Source: Candidatus Omnitrophota bacterium (GTDB taxonomy: Bacteria > Omnitrophota > Gorgyraeia > JABMRN01 > RBG-13-46-9). Taken from it: a stretch of DNA of 53,636 nucleotides. A program made the translations under genes and the position numbers. The DNA lies in the NCBI GenBank assembly GCA_016782445.1, contig JADHYM010000003.1, positions 1 to 53,636 on the forward strand, read 5' to 3'. The notes under the pieces were generated by a model. The model searched no databases and had not been told where the DNA came from. It was given only the letters and a program-made list of their open reading frames with translations. Below are positions 9,156 to 18,377 of the stretch, piece after piece. Within the stretch, counting starts at the first letter, position 1. Each line of letters opens with the position of its first letter.

Positions 9156-10850
9156 ATGCAAATCACGGAAATCAAGTCTACATTAAGCCTCACCATACAA
9201 GAATCCCTAAAAAACATTTTCCGGGAAAAGGATAATCTAAAAAATTTTACTAAAATCGAAATCGAGCTTGAAGTTCCCAGGGACCCATCGCACGGCGATT
9301 TTACGACAAATGCGGCATTAAGGTTCGCTAAGGTTTTTCGCGAAAAACCTGTGGATCTGGCAAGCCGCCTTAACGAAGAAATTAAAAAAAATCTCGAAAA
9401 AACTTCTCTTAAAAGCGCTATAAGACAAACAGAGGCGACTTCCGGGGGATTCATAAATTTTTGCCTCACAAAGGATTTTTTACGCGCGGAGCTTAAAAAC
9501 ATACATAAAAGTGGGCACTCTTTCGGAGGGGAAAAAAAGCCGGGCGGAAAAAAGATAAATATAGAATTTGTAAGCGCAAATCCGACCGGGCCACTGACCG
9601 TTGCTCATGGTCGCCAGGCCGCCTGCGGCGATGCCTTGGCGAGGATACTCACGTTTCTGGGCTACCATGTCACTAAAGAATATTTCGTGAATGACGTGGG
9701 CACGCAGATAACGCTTCTCGGTAAATCAATTCATGCGCGATACCTCGAGCTAAACGGCATGGAGGGCGTTTTGCCGGAAGGCGGGTATCAGGGCGAATAC
9801 ATAAAGGAGATAGCGCAAAAGATCTTAGATAAATACGGCAGGCGGTTCATAAAAGATACCTCTGAAGAGACGGCTTTTATTGCGCGTTTCGGGGTAAATT
9901 ATATACTGGATACGATAAAATCGGACCTCGGGCAATTCGGCATTAATTTCGACGCGTGGTTTCATCAAAGCGCGATCTCTGATAAAACCATTAACGCAGT
10001 TCTTGAAGGGCTGAAAAAGAAAGGATACGTTTACGAAAAAGACGGCGCGCGTTGGTTTAAATCTACGAGTTTCGGGGATGACAAGGATAGGGTCCTCGTA
10101 AAATCGGACGGGAACTTCACGTATCTTGCACCTGACATAGCCTACCACCTGAATAAATACAAAAGGCATTACGCGCGCCTTATCGACATATGGGGCCCGG
10201 ACCACCACGGATACATCCCGCGGATTAAGGCGGCTGTTCAGGCGCTGGGATATAGCGATGATAGCATAGACCTGCTTATCGTGCAGCTGGCCACGCTTTT
10301 TAGAAACGGCGTTGCGCTTTCAATGTCCACGAGAAAAGGGGAATTCCTGACGCTTAAAGAGGTAATCGAAGAGGTCGGATCCGACGTTGCGAAATTTTTC
10401 TTTTTAATGAGAAAACTCGACAGTCACCTGGACTTTGACCTGGAGCTGGCAAAAAGCCAGTCGCAGGATAACCCCGTTTACTACATACAATATGCGCATG
10501 CGCGAATAGCTTCGATAATAGGGTTCAGTAAAAAAATAGAAGCGAAACTTAAAAGTCAGAAAGAAGATTTAAGCGCGCTTGACAGGCCCGAAGAAGTACT
10601 TCTTTTACGGACGTTGTGCCGATTTCCCCTTACGGTTTCGGCTGCCGCGCGAACGCTTGAGCCCTATCGAATAGTTGAATACCTGAACGAGCTGGCCAAG
10701 ATTTTCCACAGTTTCTACACCAAGCACCGCGTTGTCTCCGAAGATAACCCCGAACTTACGGCCGCGCGCCTGGCTCTTGTCAGTGGCGTAAAAACGGTCC
10801 TTGCCAACGGCCTTGATCTTCTCGGGGTATCTTTCCCGGAGAGAATGTAG
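9156..10850 (+). CDS. argS: Arginine--tRNA ligase
   Basis: ANPTGPLTVAHGR (HIGH-like), SMSTRKG (KMSKS analog) and a DALR anticodon-binding C-terminus. Start chosen at ATG 9156 (MQITEIK). Confidence 0.9.
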   Translation: MQITEIKSTLSLTIQESLKNIFREKDNLKNFTKIEIELEVPRDPSHGDFTTNAALRFAKVFREKPVDLASRLNEEIKKNLEKTSLKSAIRQTEATSGGFINFCLTKDFLRAELKNIHKSGHSFGGEKKPGGKKINIEFVSANPTGPLTVAHGRQAACGDALARILTFLGYHVTKEYFVNDVGTQITLLGKSIHARYLELNGMEGVLPEGGYQGEYIKEIAQKILDKYGRRFIKDTSEETAFIARFGVNYILDTIKSDLGQFGINFDAWFHQSAISDKTINAVLEGLKKKGYVYEKDGARWFKSTSFGDDKDRVLVKSDGNFTYLAPDIAYHLNKYKRHYARLIDIWGPDHHGYIPRIKAAVQALGYSDDSIDLLIVQLATLFRNGVALSMSTRKGEFLTLKEVIEEVGSDVAKFFFLMRKLDSHLDFDLELAKSQSQDNPVYYIQYAHARIASIIGFSKKIEAKLKSQKEDLSALDRPEEVLLLRTLCRFPLTVSAAARTLEPYRIVEYLNELAKIFHSFYTKHRVVSEDNPELTAARLALVSGVKTVLANGLDLLGVSFPERM

Positions 10851-10863
10851 AGGTGTTTTTAAG

Positions 10864-10927
10864 AACGCAACCGCCCGACGCCCGACGGTTCGCCTGACGC
10901 AACCGCAACCGCCCGACGCAACCGAAT
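10864..10927 (-). repeat. Dispersed intergenic repeat, copy C (inverted)
   Basis: The reverse complement, attcggttgcgtcgggcggttgcggttgcgtcaggcgaaccgtcgggcgtcgggcggttgcgtt, matches copy E (cattcggttgcggttgcgtcgtgcgaaacgtcgggcgtcg) with one duplicated unit. Confidence 0.75.
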
Positions 10928-10943
10928 AAAATTTAATAAAACT

Positions 10944-12830
10944 ATGTTCGAAGCATTAAAAATATACAAAGACCAGGAGTTAGATTTAGAGGCGACGTAC
11001 CGCGCGCTGACCGACATGGGGTACAGGCGTGTTGGCGGGATCGCGGAAGAGGGTGATTTCAGCGTTAGGGGAGAAAATATTTTTATTTTTCCTACTACGT
11101 TCGAATACCCTATTCGCGTAGAACTCGATGAAAATCGCGTAGAGGGCTTGAAGACAGTCGATCCCGCATCTTATAAAACAATTTCGGAACATCAAATGGT
11201 GATGGTGTTGCCGATGAAGGGCATGCTCAGGAAACGCATTTACCGCCCCTTGAAAACTTCCCGCGAGCCCAACCCTATAGATACCTTTGTCGACATAGAG
11301 CCGTCAGATTATGTTGTTCATGTAGATTATGGCATCGGGAAATATTTGGGACTCGAAAGGGTTCATGCGAAAGCCGGCCCTGAGGACCGGTTGGTAATTG
11401 AGTACAAAGGAGGCGATAAGCTCTACGTTCCTTTCGGGGATTTGAATAAGATACAGAAATATCTTGGTTTTGAAAAAAAACCTCCCAGGCTTTATCGCAT
11501 GGGAAGCGGCATGTGGTTGCGCGCGAAAGAAAAAGCAAAAAAAGGGGTTGCCAAGGTTGCTTGCGAGATCCTGGACGTGCAGGCCAGGCGCAGCGCCCTT
11601 AAAGGCTTTCAGTTTTCAAAGGACACGGATTGGCAGGCCGGGCTTGAAAAATCATTTCCATACAAAGAAACCAAGGGCCAGGTGAAGGCTGTGGAACGCG
11701 TTAAAGGAGATATGGAAGGCGCAAAACCGATGGACAGGCTTCTTTGCGGGGACGTCGGATACGGCAAAACAGAGGTGGCGCTCCGGGCGGCCTTCAAGGC
11801 TGTTATGGACAATAAGCAGGTCGCGATTCTTGTACCCACTACTATTTTAGCGGAGCAGCACTATACAACCTTCACAGAAAGGATGAAGGCTTACCCTGTA
11901 AACATAGATATGCTTAGCAGATTCAGGACGGCCGGGGAGCAGAAACGCATCCTGCAGAATCTCGAATCCGGAAACGTGGATATCATAATAGGGACCCACA
12001 GGCTCGTTTCAAGTGATATAAAGTTTAAGGACCTGGGGCTTCTTGTAATCGACGAGGAACAGCGCTTTGGCGTAAGACATAAAGAAAAGCTTAAAAAGAT
12101 GCGCCTTCTTGTAGACGTTCTTACCCTGACGGCGACGCCCATACCGCGTACGCTGTATCTTGCGCTTATGGGGGGAAGGGATATTTCCGTAATTGATACG
12201 CCGCCGCTGGATAGGATGCCCATAAACACTTTAATAACGGAGTTTAACGAGCGTATCGTAAAGAAGGCGGTCGAAAAAGAAATACGCCGGGGCGGCCAGG
12301 TGTATTTCGTGCATAACCGCATTCATGATTTGGATAAAATATTCGGGCGCCTTACGCGCCTTTTTCCGAAATTCCGTATTTCAATCGCGCATGGCCGGAT
12401 GCACGAAAAGGACCTGGAAAAGACGATGCGTCTTTTTATAAACGGAAAACTCGACATACTATTGTCCACGAATATTATCGGGTCGGGAATAGATATTCCC
12501 AATGCTAACACTATTTTTATAAACAGAGCGGACATGTTTGGTCTTGCGGACCTGTATCAGCTCAGGGGGCGGGTCGGTAGGTTCAGCGTAAACGCTTTTT
12601 GCTACCTTGTCGTCGATAAAATAAATACGCTTACAAAAGATGTGACGAAAAGGCTTGAGACGATCAAAAAATACCAGGAATTAGGGGCCGGGTTTAAAAT
12701 TGCCATGCAGGATCTCCAGATACGCGGGGCGGGAAACCTGCTCGGAACCCAGCAGCACGGATTCATAGAGGCCGTGGGGTTTGATTTTTACTGCAGGCTG
12801 CTGCGCGACGCTGTCCAGGCACTTAAGTAA
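10944..12830 (+). CDS. mfd: Transcription-repair coupling factor, short form (628 aa)
   Basis: CarD/RNAP-interaction domain YVVHVDYGIGKY. Helicase motifs are GDVGYGKTEVA, VIDEEQRFG, TATPIPRTL and QLRGRVGR. It lacks most of the UvrB-homology N-terminus and the C-terminal D7 region found in 1100-1200-aa Mfd proteins. Confidence 0.8.
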   Translation: MFEALKIYKDQELDLEATYRALTDMGYRRVGGIAEEGDFSVRGENIFIFPTTFEYPIRVELDENRVEGLKTVDPASYKTISEHQMVMVLPMKGMLRKRIYRPLKTSREPNPIDTFVDIEPSDYVVHVDYGIGKYLGLERVHAKAGPEDRLVIEYKGGDKLYVPFGDLNKIQKYLGFEKKPPRLYRMGSGMWLRAKEKAKKGVAKVACEILDVQARRSALKGFQFSKDTDWQAGLEKSFPYKETKGQVKAVERVKGDMEGAKPMDRLLCGDVGYGKTEVALRAAFKAVMDNKQVAILVPTTILAEQHYTTFTERMKAYPVNIDMLSRFRTAGEQKRILQNLESGNVDIIIGTHRLVSSDIKFKDLGLLVIDEEQRFGVRHKEKLKKMRLLVDVLTLTATPIPRTLYLALMGGRDISVIDTPPLDRMPINTLITEFNERIVKKAVEKEIRRGGQVYFVHNRIHDLDKIFGRLTRLFPKFRISIAHGRMHEKDLEKTMRLFINGKLDILLSTNIIGSGIDIPNANTIFINRADMFGLADLYQLRGRVGRFSVNAFCYLVVDKINTLTKDVTKRLETIKKYQELGAGFKIAMQDLQIRGAGNLLGTQQHGFIEAVGFDFYCRLLRDAVQALK

Positions 12831-12844
12831 AAGAAACAAGCATA

Positions 12845-12976
12845 GCTTCCGAAAGGCGCCTGCCTCGCTGCTCACCCTATCTATTGTGATAAAAATCCCA
12901 AAAGGTCGCTGGCGAGAGTGTAAGCAATACGAATTCGGCGCAAAAGTTCGCCGCTCGGCAGGCGCCCTCCGGAACC
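12845..12976. other. Long imperfect inverted repeat (candidate structured RNA or palindromic element)
   Basis: Arm 12845-12871 (gcttccgaaaggcgcctgcctcgctgc) pairs with arm 12950-12976 (gccgctcggcaggcgccctccggaacc) at about 21 of 27 positions, including a perfect 12 bp ggcgcctgcc core. The arms enclose about 78 nt. No T-run follows. Confidence 0.35.
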
Positions 12977-13031
12977 TTCTTATTACTTTAGGTGCCGGAA
13001 GTATGCCCGCGCGCAGTCGTAATAAATGAAC

Positions 13032-13060
13032 TTGCGAAAGGGGGCCTTATATGATATTAT
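13032..13060 (+). promoter_or_regulatory. Promoter of PPIase operon
   Basis: TTGCGA (13032-13037), 17 nt spacer, TATTAT (13055-13060). This places the tracked ATG at 13051 inside the promoter and favours the 13087 start. Confidence 0.5.
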
Positions 13061-13086
13061 TAACTCATAAAGAAAGGATATTAAAT

Positions 13087-13926
13087 ATGAGAAATTTTAA
13101 ATTTTTGCTTACAATGCTGGTTCTGATTCCTGTAATCGCCGGATGCGGACAACAGAAAGAGGGGAAGATTCTTGCGAGTATTGATTCCAGGCACCATATA
13201 ACGCTTAAGGATTTCAACGCGAGAATAGCGAAGCTGCCGGAGCGCTATCAGGCGGCCGTAGATCAAAATAAAAGACAATTTCTGGATGAGCTTATCGTGG
13301 ACAGGCTTCTGTATGACGAGGCGCTTAAGAAGAAGTTAAACAGGGATAAAGAGGTTCTTGAAGTAGTCGAAGAGGCAAGGAAAAAGATTTTAATCGCGCG
13401 CCTCTTAAAAGAGGAGGTCGAGGATCTGATTACAATAGACGAAAGCGAAATGGAGGCTTTTTATAATGCGAACCGCGAAAGCTTCAACGTTCCCGAGGTA
13501 TTGCGCGCCTCACACATACTTGTCAAGACCGAAGGCGAGGCGAACGAAATAGTCGCTGAACTTAAAAAGGGAGCGGATTTTGAGGAGCTGGCGAGAGAAA
13601 GGTCTATTGATCCTACTGCGAAAATAGGAGGGGACGTTGGTTATTTTACTGAAAACCAGCTTGTCCCGGAATTCGAGGAAATATGCTTTAGCCTGCAGCC
13701 GGGCGAGCTTTCAGAGGTTGTGAAGACCAAATTCGGCTACCACGTAATAATGCTTACCGAAAGAAAGGAGCCCCACGTCAAAGACCTATCTGAAGTGCGC
13801 GACGTAGTTGCGCAGGCAATCAAACGGCAAAAGAAGACCATTCGCTTTAATGAATACGTGGAACGCCTGAAAGAAGAATCGAAAATTACCATAAATGACT
13901 CACTCCTGGAAACAAAAGAAGAATAA
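13087..13926 (+). CDS. Parvulin-type peptidyl-prolyl isomerase lipoprotein (PrsA-like)
   Basis: Signal peptide with lipobox VIAGC, and a parvulin core ASHILV...GGDVGYF...FGYHVI. Confidence 0.75.
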   Translation: MRNFKFLLTMLVLIPVIAGCGQQKEGKILASIDSRHHITLKDFNARIAKLPERYQAAVDQNKRQFLDELIVDRLLYDEALKKKLNRDKEVLEVVEEARKKILIARLLKEEVEDLITIDESEMEAFYNANRESFNVPEVLRASHILVKTEGEANEIVAELKKGADFEELARERSIDPTAKIGGDVGYFTENQLVPEFEEICFSLQPGELSEVVKTKFGYHVIMLTERKEPHVKDLSEVRDVVAQAIKRQKKTIRFNEYVERLKEESKITINDSLLETKEE

Positions 13927-14869
13927 AGCAATCCTCTCTATCTTTTTACTTGCTTCGCTCGTGTGCCTTGTTCCGGCTCACTCCGAAGTTGTAAACAAGG
14001 TTCTCGTTGTCGTGAACGATGAGGTTATAACCCAAGGTGAGCTTGACAAGATCCTCATTCCGATTTATATGCAATATCGGGATATCTACGAGGAAGAAGA
14101 ACTCACCTCTGCCCTTGCCGGGGCCAGAAAAGCGATCCTTGAGAAAATGGTTCAGAATAAACTTCTTTTGTCCGAGGCAAAAAGAAGGAAGATCGAGGTC
14201 GATCCCAGGGAGGTCGAGGCTGTTATCGAGGACGTGCGGCAGAGTTTTCCGAGCGAGGAGGCCTTCAGAGAAACATTGACGCGGGAAAATATCTACATGA
14301 GCCAGCTCGAAGAGCAGTACAGGGAAAAAATAATGATCGACAAACTTATAGATTTTGCGGTAAAGAGCAAAATTTCAATAGCGCCGCTCGAAGGCTCACA
14401 GTACTATGAAGAACATCCCGAAGAATTTAAAACCCCCGAACAGGTGCACGTGAGGGCTATCCTGATCAAGGTTACTCCGGAGCGGAACGAGACAGAAGCC
14501 ATAAAGCTCTCAAACCGCATTTTAAGAAGACTTGGAGAGGGGTCTGATTTCTCTCTCCTTGCGAAAGAGTATTCAGACGCGTCTTTTGCCGAGTCCGGAG
14601 GAGATATGGGGTGGATAAAAAAAGGCGAGCTTATAAGCGAGCTGGACGAGTTGATCTTCCTGCTTGAACCGGGAAGGTTCTCCCACGTCATACAGACAAA
14701 AGTGGGCTTCCATATATTCAAAGTCGAGGAGAAAAAGGACTCTTCCGCTAAGGGATTTTCCGAAGTCAAGGAAATGGTAGAGCAGAAGATATACAGTCAG
14801 AAAATCGAAAAAGGCATAGAGGACTTTATGGAGCGCCTCAAAGAGAATGCGTACATATCCTTCAAGTAG
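13895..14869 (+). CDS. SurA-like periplasmic chaperone / parvulin PPIase
   Basis: Signal peptide, a SurA-N-like helical region, and a parvulin core VRAILIKV...GGDMGWI...VGFHIFKV. Confidence 0.75.
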   Translation: MTHSWKQKKNKAILSIFLLASLVCLVPAHSEVVNKVLVVVNDEVITQGELDKILIPIYMQYRDIYEEEELTSALAGARKAILEKMVQNKLLLSEAKRRKIEVDPREVEAVIEDVRQSFPSEEAFRETLTRENIYMSQLEEQYREKIMIDKLIDFAVKSKISIAPLEGSQYYEEHPEEFKTPEQVHVRAILIKVTPERNETEAIKLSNRILRRLGEGSDFSLLAKEYSDASFAESGGDMGWIKKGELISELDELIFLLEPGRFSHVIQTKVGFHIFKVEEKKDSSAKGFSEVKEMVEQKIYSQKIEKGIEDFMERLKENAYISFK

Positions 14870-15836
14870 GCCGCACGTTGTCTTGTCGAGTGGCGACCCT
14901 TCCGGCATAGGTTCAGAGATTATACTAAAGGCGATTGTAGATATTCCCGGCTTTCTAAAAGAAGCTGATCTTACGATCGTTGGAAATTTCATGGTCTACG
15001 CGAAAATAGCAAGGATCCTGGGTATTGAATTCCTGCGTGAAAGAATAGCCGGAAACTTCATTAATTTTGTTGATCTCGATAATGTGGACATGAAAAATTT
15101 TGCCTTCGGCAAATCAAAGCCATCTCACGGAAAGGCTGCCGTCGAATACGTTATGTATGCGGCCGCTATCGTAGAAAGCGAAAAAAACGCCTCTTTAGTA
15201 ACAGCGCCCATAAACAAGGAGTCTGTGCATGATGCGGGCTTTTCCGTTTCGGGGCACACAGAACTTCTAAAAACAATAACAAAATCAGGCAGCGTAACGA
15301 TGATGTTTACGGGCGGGCCGCTTAAGCTTTCCCTCGTTACGCGGCACGTGCCGCTTGAAGATATAACTCGGTACCTTACAAAGGATAAAATCAAAAAAAC
15401 AGCGCATGACACGTATTTTGCGCTGCGCAAATTGTTTAAAATAAAAAATCCGATAATTGCAGTCGCGGGCCTTAATCCCCACGCCGGGGAGGGCGGTATT
15501 TTTGGGAAAATCGAAGAAAGAATAATTCTGCCGGCCGTAGCGAGCCTGCGGAAAAAAATAAAAAATATAAAAGGCCCTGATCCCGCAGACACGCTTTTTT
15601 ATAAAGCCTATCAGGGCAGGATAGACGCGGTAGTGTGCATGTACCATGACCAGGGCCTCATACCGCTTAAAATGGTGGCGTTCGAGAAAGGCGTAAACTT
15701 GACCATAGGGCTTCCTTTCATCCGCACCTCGCCAGATCACGGAACGGCCTTTGATATTGCCGGAAAGGGCAGGGCGAATCCATCTTCAATGATCGAGGCC
15801 ATTAAGCTAGCTATAACGCTAACCAAAAAACAATAA
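14847..15836 (+). CDS. pdxA: 4-hydroxythreonine-4-phosphate dehydrogenase
   Basis: Motifs SSGDPSGIGSEI, GHTE, NPHAGEGG, MYHDQGL and SPDHGTAFDIAG. Confidence 0.85.
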   Translation: MRTYPSSRPHVVLSSGDPSGIGSEIILKAIVDIPGFLKEADLTIVGNFMVYAKIARILGIEFLRERIAGNFINFVDLDNVDMKNFAFGKSKPSHGKAAVEYVMYAAAIVESEKNASLVTAPINKESVHDAGFSVSGHTELLKTITKSGSVTMMFTGGPLKLSLVTRHVPLEDITRYLTKDKIKKTAHDTYFALRKLFKIKNPIIAVAGLNPHAGEGGIFGKIEERIILPAVASLRKKIKNIKGPDPADTLFYKAYQGRIDAVVCMYHDQGLIPLKMVAFEKGVNLTIGLPFIRTSPDHGTAFDIAGKGRANPSSMIEAIKLAITLTKKQ

Positions 15837-15844
15837 TTATCGAG

Positions 15845-16678
15845 ATGCTAACGAAACGCCGGTTAAAAGAACTCTGGAAGGAAATGGACTTTCGTCCCAC
15901 GAAGCGCCTGGGGCAGAATTTTCTCATCGATAAGAATATACAAGACAAGATCTCTGCCTCGCTTGAAATAACGAGGGCCGACACGTGTTTAGAAATAGGG
16001 GCGGGCTTCGGTGAGCTGACAGAATGCCTCGCGCGCCTGGGAGCGCGCGTTTTTGCGGTAGAAAAAGACAAAAAAATAATAAGCGCGCTTAAAGAAAGAA
16101 TCGCATTGCCCGTGAACGTGACGCTTCTCGAGGGTGATTTTCTTGATGTAGAATTCAAAAGAATTGCAGGCCACGGCAAGGTCGTCGTATACGGTAATAT
16201 ACCGTACTACATAACGAGCCCCATAATCGAAAAGCTCATTCAAAACATTTCGCACATAAAAACAATATACCTCGTGGTTCAGGCAGAGCTTGCCGAACGA
16301 ATACTCGCCCGGGCCGGCTCGAGGAAAATAGGACGCCTGAGCCTTTACGTACAATATTACACGGTTCCCAAAAGGCTTTTTAAGATAAAAAGCGATTCAT
16401 TTTTTCCGGTGCCCGTGGTGGATTCGGTCTTTCTGAGGCTCGATGTGCGGGACAAAAAAAGTGTTTCCGTGAAAAACGAAGCGCTTTTTTTCGACGTAAT
16501 AAAAAAAGCGTATTCAAAAAGACGGAAAACCGTGCTGAACGCCCTGTCAGATCAGCAAAGTGACAAAAAGAGTATTAAGTCAATTCTTACGGCTAGCAAA
16601 GTAAATCCCGAGGCGCGAGCAGAGGAGCTTTCGCTTGAGGATTTTGCGAGGATCACGAATGAGTTTGATAATACGTAA
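15845..16678 (+). CDS. rsmA: 16S rRNA (adenine1518/1519-N6)-dimethyltransferase
   Basis: LGQNFLID, EIGAGFGELT (SAM motif I) and GNIPYYITS. Confidence 0.9.
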   Translation: MLTKRRLKELWKEMDFRPTKRLGQNFLIDKNIQDKISASLEITRADTCLEIGAGFGELTECLARLGARVFAVEKDKKIISALKERIALPVNVTLLEGDFLDVEFKRIAGHGKVVVYGNIPYYITSPIIEKLIQNISHIKTIYLVVQAELAERILARAGSRKIGRLSLYVQYYTVPKRLFKIKSDSFFPVPVVDSVFLRLDVRDKKSVSVKNEALFFDVIKKAYSKRRKTVLNALSDQQSDKKSIKSILTASKVNPEARAEELSLEDFARITNEFDNT

Positions 16679-16707
16679 TTGACAGAATATTATATATATG
16701 CTAATTT
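16679..16707 (+). promoter_or_regulatory. Promoter of gatCAB; geometry implies a leaderless transcript
   Basis: TTGACA (16679-16684), 17 nt spacer, TAATTT (16702-16707). Only 6 nt separate the -10 from the gatC ATG at 16714, with no Shine-Dalgarno. Confidence 0.6.
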
Positions 16708-16713
16708 AATTCT

Positions 16714-17016
16714 ATGAGTGATAAAAAAATAATCGATAAAGATACGGTTCTTCGCGTAGCCAGGCTTTCGCGGCTTATCTTAAGCGATAAAGAGCTGTCT
16801 CAATATAGCGGGCAGCTCGGAGCCATCCTTGAGTACATAGATCAACTGAACGAGATTGACACGCGAAACACTCCTCCTACAAGCCACCCCCTATCGAACC
16901 TTAAAAACGTATTTCGTGAAGACAGGGTAAAGGGATCCCTGTCACCCGCGGACGTTTTGCGTAATGCGCCGCGAAAAAAGGAAAACTTCTTTAGCGTACC
17001 GAGAGTTATTGAATAA
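16714..17016 (+). CDS. gatC: Glu/Asp-tRNA amidotransferase subunit C
   Basis: 100 aa with the GatC pattern ([14 protein letters not shown]...[12 protein letters not shown]), directly upstream of gatA and gatB. Confidence 0.9.
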   Translation: MSDKKIIDKDTVLRVARLSRLILSDKELSQYSGQLGAILEYIDQLNEIDTRNTPPTSHPLSNLKNVFREDRVKGSLSPADVLRNAPRKKENFFSVPRVIE

Positions 17017-17018
17017 CG

Positions 17019-18377
17019 ATGGTAAATTCTTGCGCAGTTCTCCACTCTTGCCTTGAACGCATCGAAAGGCTTAACAGTAAAATAAACGCATTTGTGCATT
17101 TCGAAAAGGAAAATCCCTTAGGGCAGAAGGGAACCCGGCCGATAGCCATAAAAGACAACATATCTGTCAAGGACGAATTGACGACATGCGCGTCGAAAAT
17201 ACTGGAAGGCTATAGGCCGCCTTACGACGCGACCGTCATAAAAAAATTAAAAGAAAAAGGCTATATTCTTATGGGGAAGACCAACATGGACGAGTTCGCC
17301 TTTGGTTCGTCGTGTGAAACGTCCTGTTATGGGCCGGTAAGAAATCCGTGGGACCTTAAAAGGATACCGGGCGGTTCAAGCGGCGGTTCTGCAGCAGCCG
17401 TGGCAGCTGATCTCGTGCCGATGGCGCTTGGCTCTGATACCGGAGGTTCCATACGGCAGCCGGCCGCGCTCTCCGGCGTTGTCGGCATGAAACCCACATA
17501 TGGGAGGGTGTCGCGCTATGGCCTCATCGCTTTTGCCTCGAGCCTCGATCAGATAGGCCCCATAACCTCTAATGTGGCCGATTGCGCGGAGCTTCTCGGA
17601 GTAATATCCGGGTACGACGGGCTTGATTCCACCTCGGCGGATATCCCTGTGCCGGATTATACAAAGGCGCTCGTTAAAAATATAAAAGGCATGAAAATAG
17701 GCGTACCAAAAGAATATTTTCCGGAAGATGGGCTCGATAAGGACGTTAAAGAGGCGCTTTTGGAAGCGAAAAATATTTTTAAGGGCCTGGAGGCAAGCCT
17801 TGTTGAGATAAGTCTCCCGCACACAAAATATGCCGTGAGTTGCTACTATATTATCGCTCCGGCGGAAGCGAGCTCAAACCTCGCGCGTTACGACGGGGTG
17901 CAATACGGATTGCGGGAGGAAGCCGTTCGTATGGTCGATATGTACGCGAAGACCCGGACCGCTGGCTTCGGCGAAGAGGCGAAAAGGCGCATACTCTTGG
18001 GTACTTATGCGCTATCAAGCGGATATTATGAGGCCTATTACCTTAAGGCGATGAGGGTACGCACCATGATAAAAAATGATTTTTCAGAAGCCTTTAAATC
18101 CTGCGACGTTATACTGACCCCCACTTCCCCGACCCCGGCCTTCAAAATAGGTGAGAGGGCAGACGACCCGCTTAAGATGTATCTTTCGGATATATTCACG
18201 ATACCGGCGAACCTTGCCGGGATTCCCGGAATATCCATACCGTGCGGTTTTTCCGGAAATAATTTGCCGATCGGCCTGCAGCTTTTGGGCAAACCCTTTG
18301 AGGAAGAGACGCTCATACGCCTGGCATATGCGTTCGAACAAAACACGGAATTTCATAAACGTAAACCAAATCTTTGA
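17019..18377 (+). CDS. gatA: Glu/Asp-tRNA amidotransferase subunit A
   Basis: Amidase signature [13 protein letters not shown] and [13 protein letters not shown]. Confidence 0.9.
   Translation: MVNSCAVLHSCLERIERLNSKINAFVHFEKENPLGQKGTRPIAIKDNISVKDELTTCASKILEGYRPPYDATVIKKLKEKGYILMGKTNMDEFAFGSSCETSCYGPVRNPWDLKRIPGGSSGGSAAAVAADLVPMALGSDTGGSIRQPAALSGVVGMKPTYGRVSRYGLIAFASSLDQIGPITSNVADCAELLGVISGYDGLDSTSADIPVPDYTKALVKNIKGMKIGVPKEYFPEDGLDKDVKEALLEAKNIFKGLEASLVEISLPHTKYAVSCYYIIAPAEASSNLARYDGVQYGLREEAVRMVDMYAKTRTAGFGEEAKRRILLGTYALSSGYYEAYYLKAMRVRTMIKNDFSEAFKSCDVILTPTSPTPAFKIGERADDPLKMYLSDIFTIPANLAGIPGISIPCGFSGNNLPIGLQLLGKPFEEETLIRLAYAFEQNTEFHKRKPNL

Noticed and set aside
12781-13029. 82-aa + strand ORF spanning the mfd stop and the palindromic element
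   Set aside because: It starts inside mfd in another frame, has no RBS, and its content is the inverted repeat itself.
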